From: Amoebidium appalachense
Taxonomy: Eukaryota; Protista; Ichthyosporea
Direction of reading: 5' to 3'
DNA length: 64,000 bases
Assembly (NCBI GenBank): GCA_963693365.1
Contig: CAVNZM010000001.1
Span: 12,944,418-13,008,417 of the forward strand
In this document: piece by piece, positions 12,488-27,887 of the stretch
How the letters are laid out: every line of letters begins with the position of its first letter
Position numbering within the stretch: position 1 is the first letter of the stretch
Translations under genes and position numbers: made by a program
The notes under the pieces: generated by a model
What the model saw: the letters and a program-made list of their open reading frames with translations, nothing else
What the model was told of the DNA's origin: nothing
Database searches by the model: none

Positions 12488-13260
12488 CCAGGCCATAAAG
12501 CCCCCAACCCTCAAGGCCTACGGGATGCTGTTGTTGAGTTCCTGGATTGGTTGCCCCCTGGCACCGACACCAAGTCCCCCGCCGAACTTGACGACCTCCT
12601 GGTGGAGTATTTTGAGGAGTTTTATGCCATTGATCCATCGCGTGGCCAGCGTCAGCGCTGTGTCAACACAGCTGCCGGCATTAAGCATTTCATGCCACGC
12701 CTGGGTCCACACCTGCAGGCCGCCCAACGGAGCCTGCAGGGCTGGAACCGGCTTGTTCCAGCAAAGACCGCGCCCCCGCTTCCGTTTTCATTGGTCCTCG
12801 TCATTGGCCATCATTTGTATTCCAAAATTGGCCCCTTGTTTGGTATTGCTGTTTTGCTCGGATTTGAGTGTTATTTTCGTGTCAGTGAGCTGCTTATGCT
12901 CACCCGTGCGGATCTTGTTTTGCCTGACGACCCCGTTCCCCACGACGTGCCACCCGGTACAGGCGGCATCCGCCTGGCCGACACCAAGACCGGTCCAAAT
13001 CAGTTTGTCCCCATCACCGATCCGTCCCTGTTGGCCATCCTGTCTTTCTGGTTCGGTGGTGCCCCCCCTTCTGCGCGGCTGTTTCCTGTCTCGTATGATG
13101 TTCTGTGTGCCAAGTTCCAAGCGGCATGTGACTCCCTCGGCCTCAACGAGTCTGGGTTCCATCTTCACAGTCTGCGCCATGGTGGTGCCTCGAGAGACTA
13201 CGTCAGGGGTGTTTCAGTAGAGACTATTGCTCTGCGTGGTCGATGGAGATCGCATGCCTC
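12462..13260 (+). pseudogene. Tyrosine recombinase, 5' part (C-terminus displaced to 24575-24704)
   Basis: YFRVSE, TKT, HSLRHGG and GRW are here; the catalytic RRYV segment lies after the insertion. Confidence 0.92.
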
Positions 13261-15024
13261 CATCAGCAATCTTGCACAAACATCCAAAACATATCCAACC
13301 CATCTAGGATATGCAACTGTATATTAATGGATACCTTTTGGATATACAAACGATGTGTAGGATGGTTTCGGTCGAACATATCAATACCATCCACTGGATA
13401 TATACAACATGTCTATTTCATCCTGACCTCCAACCGATGTCCAATATATATGTAGTTGCATGCTTAGATAGTGATCAAGATATTGCACCCCCATTAGATA
13501 TCACATATGGATATCCATGCTGTACCTCCATTGAGCATCTTTGTGATATCACATATCTGGATATGCAATCAATGCTTATATGGATACATAATTGCACCTA
13601 TAATGGCCATTAAATACACATTAGATGCATATGAATGCAGACATCAAACGCCATCTGGTTGGTTCGGCATGTATTGGATATTAGACAGATGCCCACAATG
13701 GATATCGACGCTGGATATCCAATGATGGAATTTCAACTGCATTCCTCCGTTGGATAGCTATATGGATATAAAACATTCTGGATATCCATTTGAATGATTA
13801 GCTGTATATTAGACTGGATCGGTAACAACATATCCAACACATGACTGACTCGGATATCTGATCAAAATCCCCATACAGATATCATGATATCCCTGTAGCA
13901 AGACATGCAATACACCTAACAAGTATATCAAATGGCGGTCTACTAGTAGTATAGTGGATGTCCATATTGGATATCCATTACGATATCCAGATGGATCGCT
14001 ATTACATGTGCACTTGACCCCAACGCTAATGAACAATGCATGTCCATATTGGATACGTACAATGGATATCCATTCCGATATCCAGATACATACGCATTTG
14101 CTTGTCCACTAGACCCTCCTATAATAACCAAAGCATGACGATTCCACATATCCAATTAGATCACCAAATATGTCTCTGACGGTTATCCATATACACCCTC
14201 ACGCTGATGTCCAATAGACAATCATACTAAGACACAATGGATAGCTATACTGGTTATCTAGGCTCAACATCCATACAGATATCTTGATACACCTGCATTT
14301 GCCCATCCACTAGACCCTAATACTAATATCCAATGCATGACGAAAATACATATCACAATAGACACCCATACCGATCTCCAACGGCTATCCATATGCACCC
14401 CTGCTTACCCATCCAATATATGTCGATATACATATACAATGCATCACCATTCAAAATATCTAAGCTTAATATCCAACATGATATGCGGATACATATACAC
14501 CTGCATATGCACTAGGCACCTATGTTGATAACTAATGCATGAAAAACAAACATATCAAAGTAGATACCCAACCTAATGCCTAACACTTAACAAACATACA
14601 TGTTTTGGGATATCCATTTACACCCGTATCTAATACTCAAAATATCACTATAACAGCTATCTGGGTTGATACCCATACAGATAGCCAGATACATCTGTAG
14701 CTACATGTCTAGGGTATATCCACTGGATTAATTGCATAATTTTGGTACTGTATATCTGCAGCATATCTATTAGGGTGTATTTGATATGTAATAAGGCATT
14801 TCCGGATAAACATTATACATCTTTACCGATCCATCGCATAACCATATGATGGCTAATGACCACCATTGATAAATAATTTGTGTCTGGTCTTATATCTATC
14901 ACATAAGTAATACTTATCCACGGCACAAAGTTACTCAACCACGTTATACTCGGTTCCACAAATCAAGGGGAAGAAATAGATAAAAAGAGGAAGAAAAAAA
15001 AAAGAAAAAATATAGTTTAGTGAC

Positions 15025-17185
<2,161 letters not shown>

Positions 17186-17690
17186 CCTGCAACATGAACG
17201 TACGGTTCTTGTTTATCATACAATATGGTAGCTTGCAGTAATGCTTGTGTGCCCGTTCATAGCCCTCAGCTGTCTCTACAGGACCAAAAAGGCGGGTGTC
17301 GTCGCTGCAATGGTCCCCGGCATGGAATTTGCTTGACTTGAGGTCGTTCTCAGATGACCAATGAAAGCAGTCGTACGCAGACTTGGCCATACTGCGGGGG
17401 GGGGGGGGGGGGGGGGGGGAGAGCCCCAGGGGGGGGGGGGGTAAGGGGTTGGTGTCAACCGTGGTACTGGATATCCATTTGAGCATACTCTATACGGGTA
17501 ATTGTTCCCAAACCCATATGCATTGTAGCTCTAATTGTACATTAGGATGATTGATCTCCTTTGTATATCCTGTTTATTATGTAATGTATGTACGTTAGAC
17601 ATGTAAGGATATTTATATAGATATCACACGTGATCACCATTGGCCATCGAACCTATGTCCATTGGATTCTGTGTTCCTGCAGCTGGCAAT

Positions 17691-18185
<495 letters not shown>

Positions 18186-18791
18186 CCACCTTCATAATAT
18201 CTCTGTACTCGTTCGCACGAAGAAACGTGAGGTCGGAAACGGTGCTGCTGAAGTGACGAAAGCTGCTATAACGTGGCATGTTGTTGAATCGACGGTCAAA
18301 CTCCCGTATGACGTCCTTTGCAGCGGTGTCTGCTGCTATGCCTGGCCCACCGTTCATGTCCTCGCATACCTTCTTCACGTACAGTTTATATTCAATCAGG
18401 AGCTGCTTAAATACACCACTGTCTGCCTGGTGCATACGTTCGATTGGGACACCCCATATCCACAGAAAGCCTGGGAACCCCGGGCACGCATTCTCCCAGA
18501 AGTCCTGCATGGAAGCCATTTTGAGTAACTGTGTAGTTGCTGCTTTGTCCCCGGGAACACCGCTAGCCCTCAAGCCGAGGACTGCATCTCGCAGCGCCTT
18601 CTCCGCTTGCTCGTGGTGCAGTGCAGCGGGCTCCCAAACCTTGGACAGGTTGGTGCACGACACTCTGCATTTGTTGCACGGACACGCAGTTGTAACCCCG
18701 CCCCTGCGCGTAGAAGTTGTATCTGGTGTCTATCTTGTACATGTGCAAACACACGTGCTCGTTGGGGGTCGGACACACACGTACCTGGTCA

Positions 18792-18898
<107 letters not shown>

Positions 18899-18916
18899 AC
18901 ACACACACACACACAT

Positions 18917-18949
<33 letters not shown>

Positions 18950-18999
18950 GGGGGGGGGGGACCACAAAACTCCACCAAGCCCCCCCACGGGGGGCTTGG

Positions 19000-19740
19000 T
19001 GGGGTTTTGTGGTGCACGGCTAAAAATTGGTGCACACGTTCCTAGCACCCATATGCTACTTTGTACCAAGTTTCAACTGCTACTTGCACGTGGAACACGT
19101 GTTATTCATTATTTGGTGGTGCCCTGAGTAGTTGATGTTGCACATGTAGGAAAAATAACATTCGTGGGTGTAAACGTAGGGGGGGTTTTCTGGTATTTTG
19201 GCTGCAGCCCTGTAACTTGGCCCACACCTCCCTAGTACCTATATGCTGCTATTCCCAAAAGATGGATGCTCCCAGGCCATTGGTTCGGGGGTGGTAACAA
19301 AAGTGCACCTAGCCATATGAAGGCACATATAGGAAAAACGTACCCGCCGGGTGGGAAAGTTGGGGGGGCTTGATGGGGTTTTGTGGTGCACGGCTAAAAC
19401 TTGGTGCACACGTTCCTAGCACCCATTTCCTACTTTGAACCAAGTTTCAACTGCTACTTGCACGTGGAACACGTTATATTCATTATTTGGTGGTGCCCTG
19501 AGTAGTTGATGTTGCACATGTAGAAAAAAAAACATTTGTAGGGGGTTTTTTTTTGGTATTTTGGCTGCAGCCCTGTAACTTGGCCCACACCTCCCTAGTA
19601 CCTATATGCTGCTATTCCCAAAAGATGGATGCTCCCAGGCCATTGGTTCGTGGGTAGCAACAAAAATGCACCTAGCCACATGAGTGCATATATAAGGAAA
19701 AACGCACCCGCCGGGTGGAAATGCAGGGGGGCTTGATGGG
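19000..19740. repeat. ~370-bp tandem duplication preceded by a long hairpin (18961-19013)
   Basis: TGGGGTTTTGTGGTGCACGGCTAAAA... occurs at 19000 and ~19374. The hairpin is ACCACAAAACTCCACCAAGCCCCC / GGGGGCTTGGTGGGGTTTTGTGGT. Confidence 0.9.
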
Positions 19741-19865
19741 GAAATACAAACCGTAACACAAGCACAACACTGTGACACCCACCTGACGTGTGTGACGACA
19801 CACGGCCCACACCCACAGTCACACCCACACCAGCCCACCCACCCACCCACTCAAACACACACACA

Positions 19866-19976
<111 letters not shown>

Positions 19977-20373
19977 GGGGGGGGGGGGGGGGGGGGGGGG
20001 GGTCAGACACACACATACCTGGTGCACGTCACCTTCGGTCCTTCTGGCCATTCGGTGATATAGTATGATACACGCGGGTAAAACAACCGCCACTTATCAT
20101 CGCTGCTACAGAAAAACCAACGTCCGTTCTCGTTCATGGCCCTCAGGGGCTCACCTATGACCTTGTCCAAAACGCGATGGAACAGCTTGTTACGTGCAGC
20201 AGCTTTGTCAGGCTCTGATATCTTCTCCTTGAATTCCAGCTCTGGCATGTAAGCTACGGGTAGTCTACGGAAAGTGGAAAGAAAAAAAAGGGGGGTTACA
20301 GTGGGGGGGGGGGGAGGGGGGGGAGCACAACAGAATTAGGGGGACGGGATAGGGGGGAGGAGGTGTTGCTTTG

Positions 20374-20404
<31 letters not shown>

Positions 20405-20662
20405 AGGGGGGGGGGGGGAGGGGGGGGAGGGGGGGGGGGGTGGAGGGGGGGGGGGGGGGGGGGGGGGGTAAGGGGTGCGCGTGCGTCCGTGCACACGTGT
20501 ATGTGAGTGTGCCACGCGTGTACGGTGCGCGTGGGTTTTAATTTCTGTATGTGTATTAAAGTGCAGCGTGTGCGCATCATATGCAGACGTACGCGTGCAT
20601 GCATATGTTGACGATGTGTGTGTGTGTCGTTGACAGTGCGTGAACGCATACGTGCATCATGA

Positions 20663-20731
<69 letters not shown>

Positions 20732-21149
20732 ATGTATGGATGTGCTGTATGCACGTAAATGAATATCCTTGCTTCTTTATGATAATATATGTGCACAGTG
20801 CTAATTAGCACCGGTGTATACGTACACATGCCATGGCGCGCGCCGGCCAGTCGGTGAAGCATGCACGTGCACATTGTTTTAATTAGTATAAAAATGGAGG
20901 GGGGGGGGGGGGGTGCTGGCCATGGCCGGGGGAACAGCCTGAGTGCATATGCATGTACTGCAGCTGCACGGTGCGGGCATACCGTTTACGGTACAGTGCA
21001 TGCATGCGCGCCTTACAATAGTACTTGATATCGAATACCTGTGATATCCGGATCATCGTCCGCCGGGCGCACCGTGTGCACAGATATCATGATATATCTA
21101 TTTAAATTAATGTATATTCATATATATAAATATATATAAATATACTATT

Positions 21150-21194
<45 letters not shown>

Positions 21195-24100
21195 CTATAT
21201 TCTATAATATAAATATATTACAACTTAGATGTATGTAAAACGCATGGAGGGATTATCGGCTTGACTCATCGGATTCGCTTGTCCTGCTGTGTGATTGGTG
21301 TTTTGTAATCTGATTAATGATAATCAGATTGAACCGATTTTTGTTCGGCTGTGTGATTGGTATTCATTAGTCACATTATGGATAATCCGATTATGCTCCT
21401 GTTTCTTGATTGGTCTTCTCCAATCATTAATGATTGTCCGTTATGACTGTTTTTTTCCCACCCTTCGGAGGTCAGTTTTCACTTGCACTTCCGCTGTTCA
21501 AGAAGTCTGAGCTGTAACTCTATTCAGTTGCACCCGTGGCTTGTAAGCTAAATAGACGATGTTTTCAGAGCTACAGGCTGTGCAGGTACTGCAGTACAGA
21601 TGCTTATGCGACTGTTGCGTCTACCTGTTTGCTGATTGACTGGGCTTCTGTGCAACTATTCTTGCTTTTCTTCCTTGCTGTAGCCCTCCTTTCTTCTTGG
21701 TCTTTCCTGCCGCAACTGGTGCATGCTGTCGCAGTTTTACTTTCTGTCACACTGCAGCTTTTTTGTGCCCTCTGTGCTCACATCTGCATAACAGGATGAT
21801 ACTTTCAAGAGTTATTTTCACCTTTGCTCTCCTCTTTCACATGCAGGGCACCATCCTCTCTGACAGAGGCTAACGGCCGCTTGCTTTTAGAAAGACAGCT
21901 TCTAAACCGAGCAGCAAGGAGGTAGGTTTTTACTGCCTGGGTTATGCCCAGCTTAGGCTGGCACCTTTTGATGTTGGTTCTTGGCAATGCCGCTTTTTGT
22001 TAAAACGTTCGTGCAATAAAGAGCCCTAAGGGACCTTGCACTTATCGTTTATGGTATAGTGGTTGAGCTCTTCTGTAGGTCAGCCTGTCAGCACTTTTAG
22101 TTTTGTGCGGGCAAAAAGCGCGCATTCTGCATCATTGTGTGCCAAGCCATGTTTTCGGCAGTTTCTACATTTTGCTTCATCCGTCTGTAACTCCCTTAGA
22201 AGCTACATTGCTTCCTGACATGAAGTCTCTTAGTTCATAAGGGCTGGTGCATACAAAACTTCTCGGCAACCATTGTTGGAAGGTTATGCCCTCCTTTGTT
22301 TCATTGTTTTAACAAATGTGTGCCGTCCTTACTGCCCAGCAAGTGTAGTGGGGCACCCATCTATCATGACATGTGCACGTTTGACTTTTTACCTGTGTGA
22401 TAAGGTCTGTTAGCGCCCACTCCTACACGTTGCACGCAACGTACCCCACTGACACATACGAGGTTAGTCGGTAACCACTTGCTTGCATCGAAAGTTTAGA
22501 GTGCTGCTGTAGGTATGACAATGTAAGATTCTGTCCTTTTGATGTTTTCGTGTTAAACGTCATGGGCGTTTTGTCCCCCCCCCCCCCCCCCCCCCCCCGG
22601 CCAAATTTTTTTTTTTTTTTTCAGCTATAACATAATGGACCAGGTTATTCCCCTTATTTCCTGTTTCAAAACTGCCTCTCACTTTTCCTCCTTCTCACTG
22701 GTCACGCTTCACTTTCCCCATGCAGGCGGGAGATGGTGCACTCGGGTGAGTCTTCTAGCAAGCAGCAGCAGCGCACATGGCTGACCGCAAGATTGTTCGG
22801 TGCTGGTACATGACTGCCAACCTCGACATTCCGACATAACCAATTCCACGACACAGGTACCCCCCCCCCCCCCCCCTCCAATAAAAAAAAAGAAAAGAAA
22901 ACACACACACACACAGACACACACAGACACACACAGCTACCCATCCACCTTGCCTTAAGTTCTATCATAAACTAATTTGCTGTTTGCTGATCTCTCTTCC
23001 CACTCACTTGGTTACTTTGGTGCATCGTGTTCTGTGTGTGTGGGTGGTAGTGTGCATCAGTGTGTGTGTGTGTGTGCTATATAGATGTATAAACATTGTG
23101 TATATATATATGTTGTTGATCACCATCCCCCCCCCCCCCCCCCCAAAAAAAAACGCCTGTTCTCCCACCTCTCTATTCCCCCCCATCTCTCTGTATGTGC
23201 GCACATGTAGGTGTGGGCCCGGGTGTGTATGCACAATAATGTATTTTGGTTCTCAATGTATCCCTTAGTAGTCGTTATACTTGTAAAGGGTTACGCCGAG
23301 GCTTCCAGCAACCATATCCTATACAAATTGCACGAGGGGAGGGAATGACATGTACTAACCCCCCCCCCCCCCCACGCGGGAGCAGCTCGAGGACATGCGT
23401 GTTGACGGAGTGCCATGTGATTGACCCACCACCCAGTAACGACCCTGAGGACGTCAGCAGCCACAGCCACAGCGAGGAACAAGAATCAGTGCCACAAGAG
23501 AGTCTGCGGGGAATAAGGCGACGAGCAAAGATTGGAGTACTAGTAGTTGTCATTGTATTATGGTTAGAAATCAAGTAAATAAGCAATTATTCTTGTAGAA
23601 GTTATAAATGCGCATGTTGATATGATAGAAAATATAGAAGTTTGGAAGTTGGATATCCAATAGCGTTTGTGTTACATGCTCCTGGGGAGCATGACTAATA
23701 AAATAAAAACCGTAAGTGTGCAGCCGTCATTGAACATGTGTCACCATCCCAACGGGGGGGGGGGGGGGGGGGGGGGGAAAGGGGGGGGGAGAGGGGGGGG
23801 GGAAGGTGGGGAAGCGGGGGGGGGGGGGGGGGGGAGGGGGGGGAAGGGGGGGGGGGGGGGGAGTGGGGAACCGGGGGGGGGGGGGAGATGAATAGATAGA
23901 GAGATATCCATATAGACATCATTTATATATTCAGATACCTATATAGGTATATATAGAAGTGGTATACAATCAATATCATTTCTAATATAGAATACATATT
24001 CAGCTAATAAATTCTGAATATGTGTTATGCGCATATAGAATGTCATGACTGATGTCTCATCGTCCCATAATAGATACGTATTATATGCTAATTGTATGTC

Positions 24101-25005
24101 TATCTACATATGTATTTCCATATCTAGCTGATATCCAGATGTGGTTCGAAACCTGAGCTGTATATCCATTCGATCTCATTTGTGCACATTTTAAGCATGT
24201 TACATATATATAGTGCATATCACATTGGATATAATATTGGGCGGGTTACCTGTCACTGGGTCCCTTTGTCACATATCCATTATATATGTTGTGCATGTGT
24301 ATTTGCATATCTAGTGTTCGATATCCACTGGATATCACGTTTCCCGTGGATATCTAGTGGATCCCTAACAGTAGTTATCCAATGGATATCAGGGTTTTAA
24401 CAGATATCTATATACATATTAGCCGTAGATATCCAAGACTAATATCCATTTATATTTACATATCTTAAACCCATGAACTGGATGTAGGGTTATGTTCAGG
24501 ATGGGTTTGAGTATATGGATATCTTCAAAATATCTTCTATGGGTTCCGGATGTTTCGGCAAGATTGCTGATGTCCCTCCGCCGGTATGTGCAGGCCGGCC
24601 AGTCTCTTGTTCTTTCTATTCGCGTGCCTGCGTCGCTCCTTGCCCGGGCTGCAGCGCTGCGTCAGTCACCCACGGCATGGTTCGTTCCTTCCCGTGCCAG
24701 GTAGGGAGTGGTGGAGCACACCTGTGCCTGCTTGTGAGATTGATCCACAGGCACCGGTTCATGTATCCCCTTGCTGGGGCTGGTAAAGACGACGTTGGCA
24801 TAAGAATATTTAGTTTGTAAACGTGTTTTCTTTGCAGGAGAATTAGATAGCCCCGTTGGAGTGAAATTGTGTGTTGCGAGTGTACTGTAAAATTCGTCGT
24901 AGTAGCATGTTGTAGCGCCAGGAGCAACTTGAAGGCTTCTCCTTCCAGAATGTTTACAAACTAAATTATTAAAACGAACCACTCTACTGTTCGAGGAAAT
25001 CTAGT

Positions 25006-25115
25006 TTCTTGTACCGTCACCTTTACTCGCCCCAGCTAGAGATGAGCCGGTGCCTGTGGATCAATCTCACAAGCAGGCACAGGTGTGCTCCACAGGAGCA
25101 ATGAAAAGAATGACA
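25006..25115 (-). repeat. Extra B repeat plus spacer start (distal part diverged, proximal part identical)
   Basis: 25045-25115 matches B/spacer exactly; 25006-25044 is a degenerate match to the outer half of B. Confidence 0.8.
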
Positions 25116-25172
25116 CCATGGCCACAAAACTCCGTTTCAAAGTGCAGTGTATACTTCATTTCAACACAAAAA

Positions 25173-26054
25173 ATGGCAGGCGCTAACTTCTTTGCTTTCG
25201 CTGTGTTCCAAAACGGACTCCCCAAGCCTCTCACTAAGATCCCTAGAACAGTCCCAGAAAACACAGTTTTTGCTGATGAAAACGTGCTCGTGCAAAACAA
25301 TTATGCACCCAAAAAGGCTTGCTTCGTTGCACAAACACCCTTCACAAAAGAAAACGTGTTCCTCGTGTTATGGTTTTCGAAGGTAAACGGGGCACTTTAC
25401 GCGTGGTGCCATGATCTAAGTGTCTTTAAGGCTTCTGAAAGACAGGTGGAGGTAGACGCGTGGCGCGAGAAAGTCAGCAAGGAAAAGGGCCCTGTGCCTT
25501 TTTCGATGCAGCGTTCTCCGGTGTTTCCTGTGTTCACAGACGACGGGAGAATTGAAGGACAAAACGACGAGATGGAGAGGGCAGCTCGCAGGAATAGAAC
25601 TCGAATGAATGCTAACAAGAAAATGTATGCTGGCCCTCTGAAGTATGACGTGAATGGTGCAGTTTGGACGGAGTTAGCATACTACGCAAAGAAAAATCTC
25701 TGCGCGACCGTTGTTGAAGCCATAGAAGATCAAGGCGAGCTAACAATTAAGACAATCTTTGAAAATCTGCAGGATGCAAAGAAGTTTTTTAACACCGAGG
25801 ATGGACTAGACCACAGTGCTAAGGTGACCAGCAAGCCTCTATTTAGAAACTATACTGAAGTTGTTAAGAAAACACGTAAAAATGGCATAGTAGAGGACGT
25901 GATTGTGAAAAGGAAACAGCCTATAGGTGATGGTACCCTGGTGGTCACCGAAGAGAATCCTCTCGTTTTTGAACTTAGGCGTGGCAAGAAAGGCGGCTGC
26001 GCTTTGTACATCTCTTTTGCATACAAACAGGAGCAGTGTATTGTCGTAAGGTAA
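25173..26054 (+). CDS. Hypothetical protein, 293 aa, intronless, no recognised domain
   Basis: Uninterrupted non-repetitive ORF, ATG in an AAAAAATGG context, globular-looking composition. The track's upstream extension to 25050 is B-repeat sequence. Confidence 0.6.
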   Translation: MAGANFFAFAVFQNGLPKPLTKIPRTVPENTVFADENVLVQNNYAPKKACFVAQTPFTKENVFLVLWFSKVNGALYAWCHDLSVFKASERQVEVDAWREKVSKEKGPVPFSMQRSPVFPVFTDDGRIEGQNDEMERAARRNRTRMNANKKMYAGPLKYDVNGAVWTELAYYAKKNLCATVVEAIEDQGELTIKTIFENLQDAKKFFNTEDGLDHSAKVTSKPLFRNYTEVVKKTRKNGIVEDVIVKRKQPIGDGTLVVTEENPLVFELRRGKKGGCALYISFAYKQEQCIVVR

Positions 26055-26952
26055 TACTCTTTCTGTTGTGAAACAACAATAGGTGGGGTTTTGCTCTATA
26101 GGGTTTGTATTCAATTTGTCCGCTCAGGCTGGTACCGGTAGGGAGGGAGTAAGTCACTATTCTTATGCCAACGTCGTCTTTACCAGCCCCAGCAAGGGGA
26201 TACATGAGCCGGTGCCTGTGGATCAATCTCACAAGCAGGCACAGGTGTGCTCCACAGGAGCAATGAAAAGAATGACAAATGTCATACAGAAACATGCTCA
26301 AAAAACGTAGCCTAGTGCCTAAATAGGCAAAGGGTGTGGTGGGTGGGCAAAAACTTAGCTAAAAAATTGGGCCTAAAGAGACCTAAACGCGCTCAGTAGC
26401 GCCGCAACTGACCTCCCTGGGGCCGCGCAAGCTCATTATAGAGCGCGGCCCACATTTTTGCCTATGGAAATATGAAGAAATGACTTAGAACCTATCAAAT
26501 CCATGAAATCTACCAAAATGGAATTTTTGCTGCACATCAACCAATGAAAAATTTTCACAAGTGGCTAAAACCCCTAGATCATAAAGACCAAATCGATTGC
26601 CGCCCATTTTGGACTAGATATAACTCAAACTCATCAATATATCCATATGGCATATCCCACAGAACATAAAAACAGCTACAGCTCCCTAAATAAAAATGCT
26701 AGCAGCCTGAAACTTTGCACACACATCAAACACACCATGGCCTACAGCATTATACTACCACGAAGTTTACAGCACACTCGCAACACACAATTTCACTCCA
26801 ACGGGGCTATCTAATTCTCCTGCAAAAAAAACACGTTTACAAACTTAATATTCTTATGCCAACGTCGTCTTTACCAGCCCCAGCAAGGGGATACATGAGC
26901 CGGTGCCTGTGGATCAATCTCACAAGCAGGCACAGGTGTGCTCCACCACTCC

Positions 26953-27887
26953 CTACCTGGCACGGGAAGGAACGAACCATGCCGTGGGTGACTGACGCAG
27001 CGCTGCAGCCCGGGCAAGGAGCGACGCAGGCACGCGAATAGAAAGAACAAGAGACTGGCCGGCCTGCACATACCGGCGGAGGGAGGCATGCGATCTCCAT
27101 CGACCACGCAGAGCAATCGTCTCTACTGAAACACCCCTGACATAGTCTCTCGAGGCACCACCATGGCGAAGACTGTGAAGATGGAACCCATACTCGTTGA
27201 GGCCGAGGGAGTCACATGCCGCGTGGAACTTAGCACGCAGAACATCATACGAGAAAGGAAACAGCCGCGCAGAAGGGGGGGCGCCACGGAACCAGAAAGA
27301 CAGGATGGCCAACAGGGACGGATCGGTGATGGGGACAAACTGATTTGGACCGGTCTTGGTGTCGGCCAGGCGGATGCCGCCTGTACCGGGTGGCATGTCG
27401 TGGGGAACGGGGTCGTCGGGCAAAATAAGATCCGCACGGGTGAGCATAAGCAGCTCACTGACACGAAAATAACACTCAAATCCGAGCAAAACAGCAATAC
27501 CAAACAATGGGCCAATTATGGAATACAAATGATGGCCAATGACAAGGACCAATGTAAACGGAAGCGGGGGCGTGGTCTTTGCTGGAACAAGCCAAGCCGG
27601 TTCCAGCCCTGCAGGCTCCGTTGGGCGGCCTGCAGGTGTGGACCCAGGCGTGGCATGAAATGCTTGATGCCGGCAGCTGTGTTGACACAGCGCTGACGCT
27701 GGCCACGCGATGGATCAATGGCATAACACTCCTCAAAATACTCCACCAGGAGGTCGTCCAGTTCGGCGGGGGACTTGGTGTAGGTACCAGGGGGCAACCA
27801 ATCCAGGAACTCAACAACAGCATCCCGGTAGGCCTTGAGGGTTGGGGGCTTTATGGCCTGGTCAGCCAGAAAACCGCGAGGGACCAT
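26953..27887 (-). pseudogene. Tyrosine recombinase (frameshift by a 5-bp duplication at ~27590)
   Basis: R-K-HxxR-W-Y residues: YFRVSE, TKT, HSLRH, GRW, RRYV. Confidence 0.92.

Noticed and set aside
10990-13260. Bacterial retron, DGR or prophage integrase system (RT next to a tyrosine recombinase)
   Set aside because: The RT-RNase H fusion, gag-like ORF and split direct repeats are fully explained by a eukaryotic DIRS-order retrotransposon.
21500-22563. Second gene inside Plavaka-1
   Set aside because: Coding-like on the minus strand but with many stops and no motif I can assign.
26160-26255. Known self-cleaving ribozyme in the B repeat
   Set aside because: No hammerhead CUGANGA/GAAA core, and I could not build an HDV or twister fold by eye; kept only as an unassigned structure.
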